A stretch of 63,953 nucleotides of DNA, filler included, from Phoronis australis (taxonomy: Eukaryota > Animalia > Phoronida): NCBI GenBank assembly GCA_002633005.1. It is 7 parts of 7 records of this genome, joined end to end, with 100 filler letters (N's around TTAATTAATTAA, not from the genome) between each part and the next. Parts side by side here need not be neighbours in the genome. Positions count along the whole stretch, not along the records: positions 10,724 to 20,983 come from NMRA01000737.1; positions 21,084 to 23,129 come from NMRA01003879.1; positions 23,230 to 29,748 come from NMRA01001419.1; 4 more parts are not named here. One strand, given 5' to 3'. Both the position numbers and the translations under genes were made by a program. Under the pieces are notes generated by a model. It did no database searches and was not told where the DNA came from. It saw only the letters and a list, made by a program, of their open reading frames with translations. Shown one piece after another: positions 12,138 through 24,061 of this stretch; within the stretch, counting starts at the first letter, position 1; the number at the start of each line of letters is the position of its first letter.

Positions 12138-15100
12138 CCAACTGGGATGAGTATGAGGACAAAGACAGTGGCATGTTTGGTTACACTTGGAAGGCTGGGC
12201 GGACAGTTTGTGGCAACGAGACCGCGGACTTCGATGACCCTCACGCCCATCTGGCCTCTAAGGAACACTGGAACCACAAGGGGCTGGCCACATTCAAAGA
12301 CAAGCCCCTGCCAGAGGGACCCTACTACTTCACTGTTCAAGTGCGTTTGGGGCCGCTGAAACGCTATTAATGCTTGCTGAATGAATTTTTTTATTTTTAG
12401 TCTAAACTACTGTGGCGCCTCCTAGTGCCACTTTTGTCTCGTTTCTTATTTTGTTTAGTGACTACTGTGGCTGCTGAATGCATTTTTGTTGACATGATCT
12501 TAAGTTGTTTGTAATTGTTTATGTTCATAGTGTGGTCCAGTCAAGTTTGTGGTGTTTAGCATTCGATTAAGGCAAACGGGGGTACTTCACCCTGAGACGT
12601 ACTAGTCAGAGTAGATAATTATTCTGTAGCAACATAGGTACTGCTACAAACTTGTTTTCTTTGAATATTACTGGTGAGGGTTGATACACCTGTAGGATAT
12701 TAGTTTGTTAAGGGGTGTTCAGTGGTGAGTTTGTGAATGAGGACTATAATTGCTAAAATGTCTTATTCCAGGGTCTCAATAATGTCATCTTCGGTGGTTC
12801 TCTGGTGACGACTGTCTGTCACAGTCGACCTTTGACCATTGATATCACTCCTCCCGTCTTCGACAATGTTGAAAATTTCATCTACAGTGAACAGATGAAT
12901 GTCCTGATAGTCGACTTCACTGCCTATGACAGTCTATCTGGTAAAGCAATCATTGATCATTATTGATCTTCATAATGCTTAGAATTTTCTGTTTTTAAGA
13001 ACGAAACATTTGCGATGATTGTCGCTGAATTTTTTCGAAATCAGACACTCAGCTGTTAAATTTATAATATGTCTTATTAATTTCCACTTTAATGCTGAAA
13101 ATCGTTGTTAAATAGGAGAATTATTCTTAGTTTATCATGGTGTCTTAACAGGTCTCAGTCTGGTTGAGTTTGGCCTGGGACGTTCAAAGTACGATGTGAA
13201 GTTGAGACCATACGTAGATGTCAGCACAGACAACCCTGATGTTTTGACCTTCCTACAACTGACCATGGATGAGATTGTGATGCCCGAGGGTGAACCAGCC
13301 TGGATCCGCATGCAGGTTCTCAACAATGGTAAAGCATTCATATTTGGTGGATGGCTTTTCAGCGGTTTGGGGCTCTGTGTTGTAATTCAATTTTTTGAAA
13401 CTGCAGAAAGTTAATTGGTTGTAATGTTGATGGTAACCAATGACTTAACATGTCGAGTAATTCCATGTTACTGTGAAGTGAAAGGGTTACTTGCTTTTAG
13501 CTGCCAAAATTAATTAATAGCTAGTTTTTCCCAAAATAGAAGGAAATTCACTTTCTTGAATGTCTTATATTTATAAGTTAATGACGAATCTGTGCAAAAA
13601 TCTTCCATTTCATAAAAGTTTTGATTACTAAGCAAACTTACTGAAGAGTCACAAAACTGTACCTTTCACTTCAATATGTTTTAAAGTTGAATTGTTTGTG
13701 GCCGGGCATGGTGAATCTCCTCTCCTCGTCGACAAGTCCCCACCCATCGCTGGAGACGTCTACGATGGATTGAACCACAAACGTGACCTACAGTTCACCA
13801 GTGACAACACCCAGCTATGTGCACACTGGCAAAATTTCTTTGATCCCCNGGGCTCAAAGCCAATTTCAAGTGTCAAATTCGGAACACGGCAATTCGCAAC
13901 GGAACTATGGCTAAGTATAGGCTCTTCCGCGATATCCCAGGCGACCGGCAGTGGCGCTGCGCACTACGACTCCGTTTTCGTCGTCTGCTCCACTGTGCAA
14001 TGAAGAAAATTTACTTCATTTTTTAAAGAGAATGGAACCTGAGTGACGATTGAAAAACAGAAGATGCTGTTAAGATGTGAATTTTAATCGAAGCCTTAGT
14101 GAATCATTCAGAAACTCGCAATACTCTCTTTGTCAAACCTTATCTTAAGACCATTTCCAAAGCAATCCCGTCATTATTGCCAACACGAAAAACGGATTTG
14201 GTCTTTTGGGCATTTGAAGACTATTTTAAATACGACAAATTTGTTAAGAATTGATGGCACAAAATATAAAACGCATAACATTACGAAAAGAAGTAGGTTT
14301 CGCGCGCAAACGCTGTGGACCATAAACAAGTAGTTCTTTTAGTAACAGATTAGTAGTTAAATCGTGGTGGTGTAGTGGTAACGCACGCGTTCGCTATGCG
14401 CCAGGTCATGAGTTCGAATCTTTAGTATGTTCAGTTTTTTCTGTTGGATACGTTTTCCGTGTTTTTCTTATTTTTTTCTTGGATAATACTTCAGGAATCA
14501 AGGAAAATGCTTGATTTTTAGAGGTAAAAACAGAAAATTTTCCTGAGCGGGAGGGGGGTTTGCCCCCATTCGGTGCTACAATGCGCATCTACAATCGTGG
14601 TTCGGTTTGCGCAAATGCTTACAGACGAAAAAATGTTGGGCCCCCCCCTTATGATATCCTAGATCCGCCACTGTGTAGAAAGAAGCTACCCAACAATGCT
14701 TGTCATATCGTTTTTAACTTTGCACCAGAGAGGCACTGCTGTCGAAATATACTTCGAAATTCCTTCTTTATGGGGAGTAACTCTTGACCTTTTTGTTTTT
14801 GTTCACGTTTCTTTTTGTGAATGAGATTGCTATACCAGTGGTTGTTAAATCATTCACCGTTGTCTACTAAGATTTTATTACTTGTGATTTGAAAATTTCT
14901 GATTTGAAGTGTTATACTGTCGGAACTTTTATATAAAATCCATCTTAGTTGTAAGCTTTAATGAATTGCGATATTATAAAGTCCATCATAGTTCTAAACC
15001 TTAATAAACTACTGTAGTTGTAACAGTTAAAACTTTTCATAATCACAGCTTGTTCCTAATTTTGGATGTAGGCAAATAAAAAAAATTGCGATTGATGACA

Positions 15101-18100
15101 ACTCATCACTACGCTTTGTTTTGTTTTGGCGTTGTTTTTTTGATGAAATACCTTCAAGACTTCATTCAGTTACTTTTAATACAAAACACAATGTTAAAAA
15201 AATATTGGTGAATATCAAAATCCGATGTAAATGTGCCATTTTTTGTTAACAAAGAAAATTCTATTTTGTACTGAATTTAGGTGTACCAAATGTTAGAGAA
15301 TTTCTGGAAGTGTAGAATTTATACCTGTTTTAGCAATCATTGAAACTTGGATTAAAATTATTTCAGATATTATTTACGAATGGGCAGTACTCCTGGTGGC
15401 TATGATCTCACCAATGACACTGACATCGTGCTTGGTTACCGACAGAAGACCTATTGTCACAAGGGGTTGAGTCTTACCCATAATTCCGTATATTACACCA
15501 TGGTAACAGCCTCTAACAGAGGTCTCATACCAAAATATGTCAGTGGCAGCTCCGACGGAGGTGAGTTAGAAGAAAGGATATCAACGCAAAAGTGCAAAGT
15601 TAATTTGCCACAAACTAATTGCCAAACTGGTCATTTTCTACCTCACTCTTTAAAGGCTGGTTTACGTGCTGCGATAAATTGTAAATTTTACATCATTCTA
15701 ACCTTGTTTCGTAACAGTTGTACAGTACAAATTGTGCAGATTGAAAGTGAGGGCTTTGTAAGTTCTGTTTGATAAAACCAAGAAAATGCCATGTTTCCAA
15801 AACAGTGTATGGTAAACAGTGTAAGAATAATTACGCTGCAGCTTATCACTGGTCCTGTCATGCTTCTTTCAGTGAGAGTTGACCTAACTCCTCCCACCAA
15901 GGGCACCGTGACAGATGGGAGGGACGGGCTGGACGATATCATATTCAATAATGATGTCGCTGCTATAATGGCGCAGTGGGATGGTTTGTTAAATGAGATA
16001 TCTTATTTTGCTTAAAGGAGTAGTATCAAGGTTGAATATTATGAAAGTATGATATTTAGAACTCAACATTGTCATGAAAGAAAAAGTGAAGTACTTGGAC
16101 CAACTTGGTAGTTCATCAGCAAAGCGTTCTAGTAATAGACGACCTAGGAGATTGTACCCAGATGACATTATAATCAGACAACAAATTACATTCAGGAGCT
16201 TATCGTACTAAGGTGACGAAATTACACTTTTGATTCATAATATTAAAATTTCTTTATTGTTTATTAAGAAAAATTGAATGTACAACAAGAGTTAAGAAAA
16301 GAAAGCACTACTCAAAGGTAGCGTTATACTGCTGCATTAAACAATTGTGTAGTTGTGCCAATTACTTATTCCAACACACAGTTAGCTCAGGATTTTTGAT
16401 TGTTGAGCTTGCACTATGAGATATTGTACACATTGTTTTCATGTACTGCCTTCAACATCGTATGGTACTAAATTCAGCATTAGTCTTTCTTAGATACTGA
16501 GGTCAGTATTCTATGATATTTACCTCAGCATTATAAGAGATGAAGTTTGTAAATCCTTGACAGGATTCGCTGACCCAGAGTCCAACATCACCAAGTTTGA
16601 CATTGATGTCCTCGTTAACAACCAAGTGCTTGAGACCTTTTCGGACAGACCTGGAACAGACAGACAATTTGAACAGCATCATTTTGCCTTGAAACACGCC
16701 GATAAGGTCAGTGTTCGAGTGGCTGCTGAAAACGGCGCCATGGCAACCTCTACTGCAGTCTCCAATGGTTACGTCATTGACTTGACCCCACCCAATCTCG
16801 TGAGCATCACTGACACTGACAACCCCGACGGCAGGTAATCAAAACCATGTGTTTATTGCATTTCAAAACTTTGTGTGTAAACTATAGCGCAGGATTCCAA
16901 ATGCTGAATATTTTGAAGCAAGATTTGAGGCGGCATAGTTTGCGGTGAGTAAAAAGCAAATTATTGATCATCATTTTTGCTCAGTTCTTTTTTGAAAAAT
17001 GAGCAACTCAAAGAATGTCGCGTCACTGACTCCATTTTCAAAAAACTAATGCACCACGTCCAGCATTACTTTGCATTTCTGATCTAATGAATGAATGCAG
17101 TTAGACTGAATTATGCTTCCAGCTATCAGAAGTATGATGACCGACTGCTACTTAGCTGGGAATATGTTGATGCTGAGTCAGGCATAGCAGAGTACAGAGT
17201 TGTGGTCTTCCAACTGCTCAGTGGTGCCGTTACCAAGGTAACGAGTGAATTCTTAATTTCCGGAGACCTAGTATGCAGATGAGGTTACCTTCTCACATTT
17301 GTTGGGCCACGCAGTGATTTACTGTTCATGCACATCCCTTGTATTACTGTTCATGCATGTCCTTTGTATTACTGTTCATTCATGTCCCTTGTATTACTGT
17401 TCATGCATGTCCCTTGTATTACTGTTCATGCACATCCCTTGTATTACTGTTCATGCATGTCCCTTGTATTACTGTTCATGCATGTCCCTTGTATTACTGT
17501 TCATGCATGTCCCTTGTATGTACTAAATTTTTTAAAGCTAGTTGATGTCAAAAATTAAAACCACACAGCAGACTTGAACAACATAAGAATTGATATTTGA
17601 CAGTTTGTTATTCTTTGAGACTTGGACACAACAATATGACTAGACCTGATGGAACGTTTCAATATGACTAGACTGGATGGAACGTTTCAATAAGACTAGA
17701 CTGGATGGACCGTTTCAATATGACTAGACTGGATGGAACGTTTCAATATGACTAGACTGGATGGACCGTTTCAATATGACTAGACTGGATGGACCGTTTC
17801 AATATGACTAGACTGGATGGACCGTTTCAATATGACTAGACTGGATGGACCGTTTCAATATGACTAGACTGGATGGACCGTTTCAATATGACTAGACTGG
17901 ATGGACCGTTTCAATATGACTAGTCTGGATCTACCGTTTCAACATGACTAGACTGGATGGAACGTATTCACACTGATCATAATGCATTGTTTATCCACAG
18001 TTGCATTTTTGCAAATTCATTGTACAGTGTCTACCAAACTAAAACGACACATATTAAGTTCATAGGACCGTTGCATTGGACATGGTCAAATTTTCAACTA

Positions 18101-18612
18101 AAGAAATGTGAATCATCCATTTTGTTTCTTGGTTTAAAGCATGAAAGTTACAGAGGGGATTTGGCTAATTTTTTTCAACCAGCCAAGGATACATTGTGTA
18201 TCATTTAGTGTAATATATTCTGAACACTGGTCCCTAGTGTTTGGTAGACAGTGTATAATGAACACTGGCTGTGTAGGGCAATAACCTACTGCCTGTTGTT
18301 TCCAATTCTAGAAATCGTCTGTAATTCGAGTTTGGACCGGTTATACTATTAGTGACCCGAGTCTAGAGTTTTTCAATAGGTGGGGCTTATAGCACTTCAA
18401 ACAATGAGCTTTGTTTCTAGGCATATCCACAGAGTGGCAACTATGAGATTGTGGCTGGCAGTGGTGGTGCTGTTCGCAAAAACCTCTCCATGCCGCTGAC
18501 TAACGGAGCCAGGTATTACTTCTTGGCAACGGCAGTAAATGGAGCGAGACTATCCTCTCAACATCAGTCACCAGGTGTGGTGATAGACGTCACCCCTCCG
18601 TCAATGATCAAT
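12138..18612 (+). CDS. Internal part of a large uncharacterised extracellular protein with tandem FN3/Ig-like beta-sandwich repeats (DxTPP...W...DxESGI motifs)
   Basis: Phase-compatible exons 12138-12340, 12772-12940, 13152-13328, 13687-13848 (cut by n), 15367-15560, 15873-15983, 16564-16834, 17123-17237, 18421-18612. Recurrent motifs DITPP, DKSPP, DLTPP, DVTPP; WDGFADPESNI, WEYVDAESGI; YYTMVTASN, YYFLATAVN. Confidence 0.85.
14362..14425 (+). mobile_element. tRNA-derived SINE head / tRNA pseudogene
   Basis: A-box-like TGGTGTAGTGGT and B-box GAGTTCGAATC; stems do not pair fully. Confidence 0.5.
17319..17518. repeat. 25-bp intronic minisatellite, about 8 copies
   Basis: Unit GTATTACTGTTCATGCATGTCCCTT. 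Confidence 0.92.
17632..17965. repeat. 28-bp intronic minisatellite, about 12 copies
   Basis: Unit CAATATGACTAGACTGGATGGACCGTTT. Confidence 0.93.
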
Positions 18613-18735
18613 GTAAGCGGCCATGTTTATTCTTTAACTTCCTCTCCATCAGTGATCAATGTAAGCGCCCATGTTTATTCTTCAAGTTCCCCTCCGTCAA
18701 TGGTCAATGTAAGCGGCCATGTTTATTCTTCAAGT
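18594..18735 (+). repeat. 48-bp tandem triplication spanning an exon/intron junction
   Basis: CCTCCGTCAATGATCAAT|GTAAGCGGCCATGTTTATTCT occurs three times. Confidence 0.85.
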
Positions 18736-18891
18736 TTATAATTTCTTGTATTCACCCTTAACAAGTGTTTTCACGAACCACATTTACTTCGCACACTGTG
18801 TGCAAATTAATATTGAAACTTACGACCCTGTCTTTTGTTAGACCGGACTTAGGAGATCTCTGGGACTACTAGCAGTATTCAACAATTTGTC

Positions 18892-18992
18892 TGCACTGTG
18901 TGACTTTGATGCACTCATGTACTGCACTGTGTGACTTTGATGCACTCATGTACTGCACTGTGTGACTTTGATGCACTCATGTACTGCACTGT
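18892..18992. repeat. 31-bp tandem repeat, about 3 copies
   Basis: Unit TGCACTGTGTGACTTTGATGCACTCATGTAC. Confidence 0.9.
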
Positions 18993-19748
18993 CCGGCATT
19001 CACTGGTTGATCTCTTGAACCGCTAGATCTCTTGAACTGCTGACTTGCTAATGAAGCCCGTAGAGTCTACTTCAAGTTTACTATTCTGGCATTGCTCTCT
19101 TTAGTGAGAATGTTTGAAGTCAGAATCTAATCCTTCTGTCTGAGATAAATGTGATGCACAAAGTGGGTGCATATCAATGCTCTATGTTGCTCTTGTCTTG
19201 TATTGAGAGACAACGACGTCTACTCTAAGCAATTTTCAGGTTTGTTCCATGAATTCTACATCTAATATCCATGATTCTATCACTAGAAGCATACCGCTTG
19301 CACAGCAGTCGTTGGCACATTTCAACACTTTGCATTGCTTTTATAAATACGGCAGTTAAATGACAGAATATTCATCTAGCTATCAATATAACAATGCAGC
19401 CCACAAATGCATTAGGTAAAAAAACAAGTTCCATTGTTGTCTTAGGCTTAGGACATAAAAAGTTATAAACTTCAATGTACATAATATTGCTTCCTGTCAG
19501 TTTTACATGTTCTTGTTCATGTTACTTACTAAAGAACATCTATAAGACCTGGGAAAGTTTGTAGTATTGTACTTGCAGATATTCTGGACCGTTTCAAACA
19601 TCATAACATGAACGTCTATAAGACCTGGCTTTCAAACATCATAACATGAAAATCCAATTAATTACTGAAGTTAGGAAAATAATGTGAACATTTAATTAGT
19701 TTTGATGCCATGGTTCTAAGGATATGACCTCACAAGTATCATATGACC

Positions 19749-20830
19749 CACAGGCATCCTCCGCTCCTGATCGTCCACAATACACTATATAATATACTAC
19801 AAGGTATGACACTCCGGACTAGAAATTCCATGGGTGCTTCACTTCAGTCGTCCATAGCAAACACAAAACTCAATAAATTTTCAAAAAACAGTGGTTCAAC
19901 AAACCATAGACCCTATTCACGCCGATAGGAGGCGCATTCCAAAACGAGTCTCGCTACGATAGCTCTGTTAGCTTATCGGCATAGGAGTCTGTGCTTCCGT
20001 CCGTGCTGTTCCGCGAACGGCTAGAAAAAATACGGACACGCAACTGTCTGCTTTACAATCTCTAAAGACGTTGAGATTCGGAAGCGTTGGGTCGTTGCCA
20101 TACGCCGCGACGAAGCAAAATATGTCCGTGTAAAATAAATGTTTTCGAAATGAGTAGATCATATGTTGTCGCATCTTGGTCAGTTGTCAAACATCATGTA
20201 GTAACGACCAGAGAATGCCAGGCTGTATTTTCATGACTACGAATTTGGGGGAGGGGGGTGCCCCCCCCAAAATTGTATCAGATCCCATTTTTGAGTTCGG
20301 GTGCGAATTGCTGACTAGCACACGAGCGCAACCAGGGGGTCTTCGGGGGTGAATAAACAATGCATAGGCGCTGAATGAACCCCGTTTACCGTTTTTGTTT
20401 AGTCAACAGGTCCGCAAACCCAAGAATTCAAGACCCCTGCATCCCCAGATTTTAGGCTGGGCGCGCACATCTGCCGAAATGCTGCTTATTCCTGTGCCCT
20501 GCCCCCCCTCCTAACTCAAAATCCTGGATCTGCCCCTGCTACGGGTTGAAACATTATAATTTTTCTTTCCAAAAAGAACAGGGCCCTCAATCCCTCAAAT
20601 TTGGGGCCCAATATCGGCCCTATTGCCCTCTCAAATATATTGAAATATCACGCGAAATTCCCCCCACCAGGTATAAAAATTCCCCTAGTGCAAAAACCTC
20701 TCTGAGTTCACATCATTTGTAACCACACAGGTGACAATTTTTAAGAGCACAAAAGGCTACTTTAAATTGAGACAGAGCCTATGAGAGCTTGCAACAGGGC
20801 GGGGGTGCTATTGATGGTGATCGGGAGGTA
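19749..20830 (+). mobile_element. DNA transposon fragment: CACAGG terminus plus decayed THAP-domain coding remnant
   Basis: Terminus matches the TIR at 7486. 19985-20135 reads ...PCCSANG*KKYGHATVCFTISKDVEIRKRWVVAIRRDEAKY (THAP-like). Homologous to 38905-39815 and, inverted, to 40663-40866. Confidence 0.7.
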
Positions 20831-20983
20831 GATTGTTTCCGCCCTCACTCGGCGAAAAAATCGCCTCTCAGTAGGCACTGGCACCTTTCCCCTCGGATGA
20901 ACGAGGTTCCTGCAGAAACATGATAACTATGATTGCATTGTCCAGTTAATTGAAATTGAGTTCTAAAACGAGGTTATGTTTTC

Positions 20984-21083
20984 NNNNNNNNNNNNNNNNN
21001 NNNNNNNNNNNNNNNNNNNNNNNNNNNTTAATTAATTAANNNNNNNNNNNNNNNNNNNNNNNNNNNNNNNNNNNNNNNNNNNN
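20984..21083. other. Artificial scaffold-joining linker
   Basis: 44 N + TTAATTAATTAA + 44 N. Confidence 0.97.
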
Positions 21084-21819
21084 GCGGTCAAAAGAGCGTC
21101 AGAGCAAATTTCTCAAATCTACAATAGGAGCAACATACGAAACGAAGTTACGAAAATTTTTACTGACATCAAAGGTTATGAAATTTGTCTCCCACTTTAT
21201 TCATAGGGTGATCTCAGGGCTTCAAAACAATTGGTTAATGCTTGAGACCTCACCACTTGGCTATGTCACAGCGTGTCATGTCATGCAACCATCATGGCCT
21301 CAAATAATGGCAAATTGTCAGTTCTTAGCAAATTCACAGATCATTTCTTATCTGCGCAAGGGACAAATTTAGACTAATTCTTGGCGATAACAAGAATTAA
21401 ATTAAAAGTTCGCTTCTTAAAACGGATCGCGGGTTTATAGCCGTCCTAAATGACCATGGAAAATAAACACAGATTGACAATAGACGTTTTCTCAAGGATG
21501 TGTCTCCTGCCCATGTTGAGTTTATAGCCGAGAAGAATAGAAGGATGTAAGCCGTTGTTTCGCGTTGAAGCTTCTTTGTTTTCAGCTGTTCCGACCATTT
21601 TCGTGATGGGGTCCCAGCTTGTGGCTGCTGAGGCAGAATCGCTGCTGCGACCCCTCCCTGCGGTAGCGTAAATGACTGTTCCCTCTGTACTCTAAATCAT
21701 CAACTACTGCTATACATATAACACATATGTAAACTCAATACGTTTATATTTATGTTTAATATTTATGGTTTTTTAAGATCATTGGAAATTATTTTGTTAG
21801 TTTCTCTTGTTTCTACCAC

Positions 21820-22377
21820 TTATTTGAACTTGAACAGCGCGTACGTAGCTGCCATTGCCCCTAAGCCAAGCCCAGTTGCCAGCAATGAGTTCCATGCAAA
21901 CTGGGTGCCTGCGTACGGGTCTGGATACACTTCCAAGAGCCTGTCCCATCCGCCATTTTTGTGAACAAATTTTGCGACACGAAGTGGAATGTGACGCGAA
22001 AGAAGCTCAGCCATCCGATCTGCGTCAGCGGTTCTTCCGTTGTTAACAAGGAACTTCGCTACAAGGCCGCCGTATGTGTAGGCAGTGACAATTCGCCCCC
22101 AGTTGATATCGCTTTCTGTTAGCACACTATCCAAAATTCTTTCCATACCAGCCTCGTCCCATTGTCGCATGAATTTGACGATTTGGCCTTTGAATAGAAT
22201 TTCATGCTTCTGGGAAATGTCGTTGGCAACCCGCCGCAAAGTTTTGCAATACACTTCATGCTTGGCAGGATAGCGCCTTTCATTTTTTGCTAAATGGTCT
22301 ATAATATCAAAGCCTAGAGATCGCCCAATTTCATACACTTCCTGTGGAATCGATGGATCGTTCTGCGGCTTCGACTG
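21820..22377 (-). CDS. Bcl-2 family apoptosis regulator (Mcl-1-like); N-terminus uncertain
   Basis: BH3 KTLRRVANDI, BH1 INWGRIVTAYTYGG, BH2 FVHKNGGWDRLLE, C-terminal hydrophobic anchor LLATGLGLGAMAATYALFKFK. The frame stays open upstream to the n at 22378. Confidence 0.92.
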   Translation of the reverse strand, partial: QSKPQNDPSIPQEVYEIGRSLGFDIIDHLAKNERRYPAKHEVYCKTLRRVANDISQKHEILFKGQIVKFMRQWDEAGMERILDSVLTESDINWGRIVTAYTYGGLVAKFLVNNGRTADADRMAELLSRHIPLRVAKFVHKNGGWDRLLEVYPDPYAGTQFAWNSLLATGLGLGAMAATYALFKFK

Positions 22378-23129
22378 NGGTTTTTGGTGCTTACAATCGA
22401 TGACGTTGATATTATACTGAAATCGTCGTTATTGCTTACAAATGATCGAGTATAGGAGGATCTGTTTACAAGAATATAGAATGTTCTATTATTATAACAA
22501 AAATACCCGCACATAGGAATATCAGAAATGTTTTATTAGAACGCAATTGTTTGTGGTAAAAGAACATAGATATGGTTGTAGTTTAAGCTTCGTGGTGAAT
22601 GTTTGTGACTGAATGGCCTTGGTGCAAAGCTGTATAAATATAGGCCTACAAATTTGCACCTATGTGGGAAAAATGGCCAAACAAAATCTGCCACAAAATT
22701 AATGTCATTAAAAATATACTCTTCCTAGATCTAAAATAAAGTAGTTGCAAGTGCTAAGAAAATTACCGTTGTACCGTTATTATGCTGTTAAATCTATGGC
22801 GTGATAAAATATGTCGGCTTTCAGCGCCATTTTTCTACAATTTTTCAATTAAAACTGTTCTCCAGGAAAGTTTGCGTACTGTTCGCAACAAATAACCAAA
22901 ATTGGTTTCACTCAATTATAGTTTTTTAGCATATTATTACCAGCAAACCAAATTCCTGAGCAAGTTTTGCTTCGGCGAAGTTGTTGTTATTTCCCGAAAG
23001 ATGTCGAAAAATCATTAGCAATTGGCGCGTGCGCGTGTCAAGAGCGTGTTGTTTTCAATGGGGCTATTCGGAGAATTCTCCTCGCGGTGTCGCTGCTGTA
23101 CTAGTGGTGATTGAATTGCGCATGCGTGG

Positions 23130-23229
23130 NNNNNNNNNNNNNNNNNNNNNNNNNNNNNNNNNNNNNNNNNNNNTTAATTAATTAANNNNNNNNNNNNNNN
23201 NNNNNNNNNNNNNNNNNNNNNNNNNNNNN
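23130..23229. other. Artificial scaffold-joining linker
   Basis: 44 N + TTAATTAATTAA + 44 N. Confidence 0.97.
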
Positions 23230-24061
23230 AGTTGTGAATTTTCGAAAGAAAGATCTTCTAATTTTTCCATTTTATTTTTAAACAAAGTTTGTGTGTTGAA
23301 AGCTTACATAATTAATTGTTAATTAATTGATATTAACACCTGGATTATAGGGGGAAGAAAGCTATCTCTGCCCCCAACCTTTCAATTGGTCGAGGGGCAC
23401 CCCCACTCCTATCTCTTCTTCAGCAGATCCATTTGATGTTTATTACATTCCTGACCCCCCTGGACAAAATTCTACTGGTTTGGTACCTGCACATTCTCCA
23501 ATAACCTACTTTCATTTGCTCAGCTCTTATTACTGAGTCTCCGGCCTCTTGCTTATGATGTATTTCTCATAATTTATATTACCTTTGCTGCCCAAATTTT
23601 TTCTTGGTTTACTCTATATTTTGCCTATGTGTATTTTTCCATTACAGTGCTTGTGTTTTTTGTTTTCAATATTTTAAAAAAGACACTTCACTGACAATTT
23701 TGAATTTGACAAACTATGATCGGCCATAGTCAATGTCTTGCGTACTTCGTCGGCCCACACACACCCGCTAGGTGCCGCCACGGTCCATGACACAATCATG
23801 GCGGCGGCCTTGGTGAGTAGTCTTGTTAGGGTCTTTGCTTAAAAGCAAAAGTTTGCGAGATTACGCGAGATATTGCCGTGTATTTTAAATAAGAGCACGT
23901 GACCTTGACTAGCTTTTCGCTAGGTCCTAGGGGCAGCGCAGCCCGGCTCCGGCGCAGGCTTCAACGTAGCAATTAGGCGGGCCTCAGCCAAGCAGCCGGA
24001 GGCAGCGCGGGTAGGCTCCAACGTAGCACTTAGGCGGGATCACCCATGAACTTTCCTTTAG

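Noticed and set aside
17319-17965. Repetitive ORFs (17299-17558) and the 25/28-bp arrays as coding or CRISPR features
   Set aside because: Spacer-less minisatellites inside an intron; the ORFs are translations of the repeat
23798-23818. ATGGCGGCGGCCTTG|GTGAGT as first exon of the GH3 gene
   Set aside because: The phase-0 donor is incompatible with the phase-1 acceptor at 24062 and cannot supply the missing N-terminal domain
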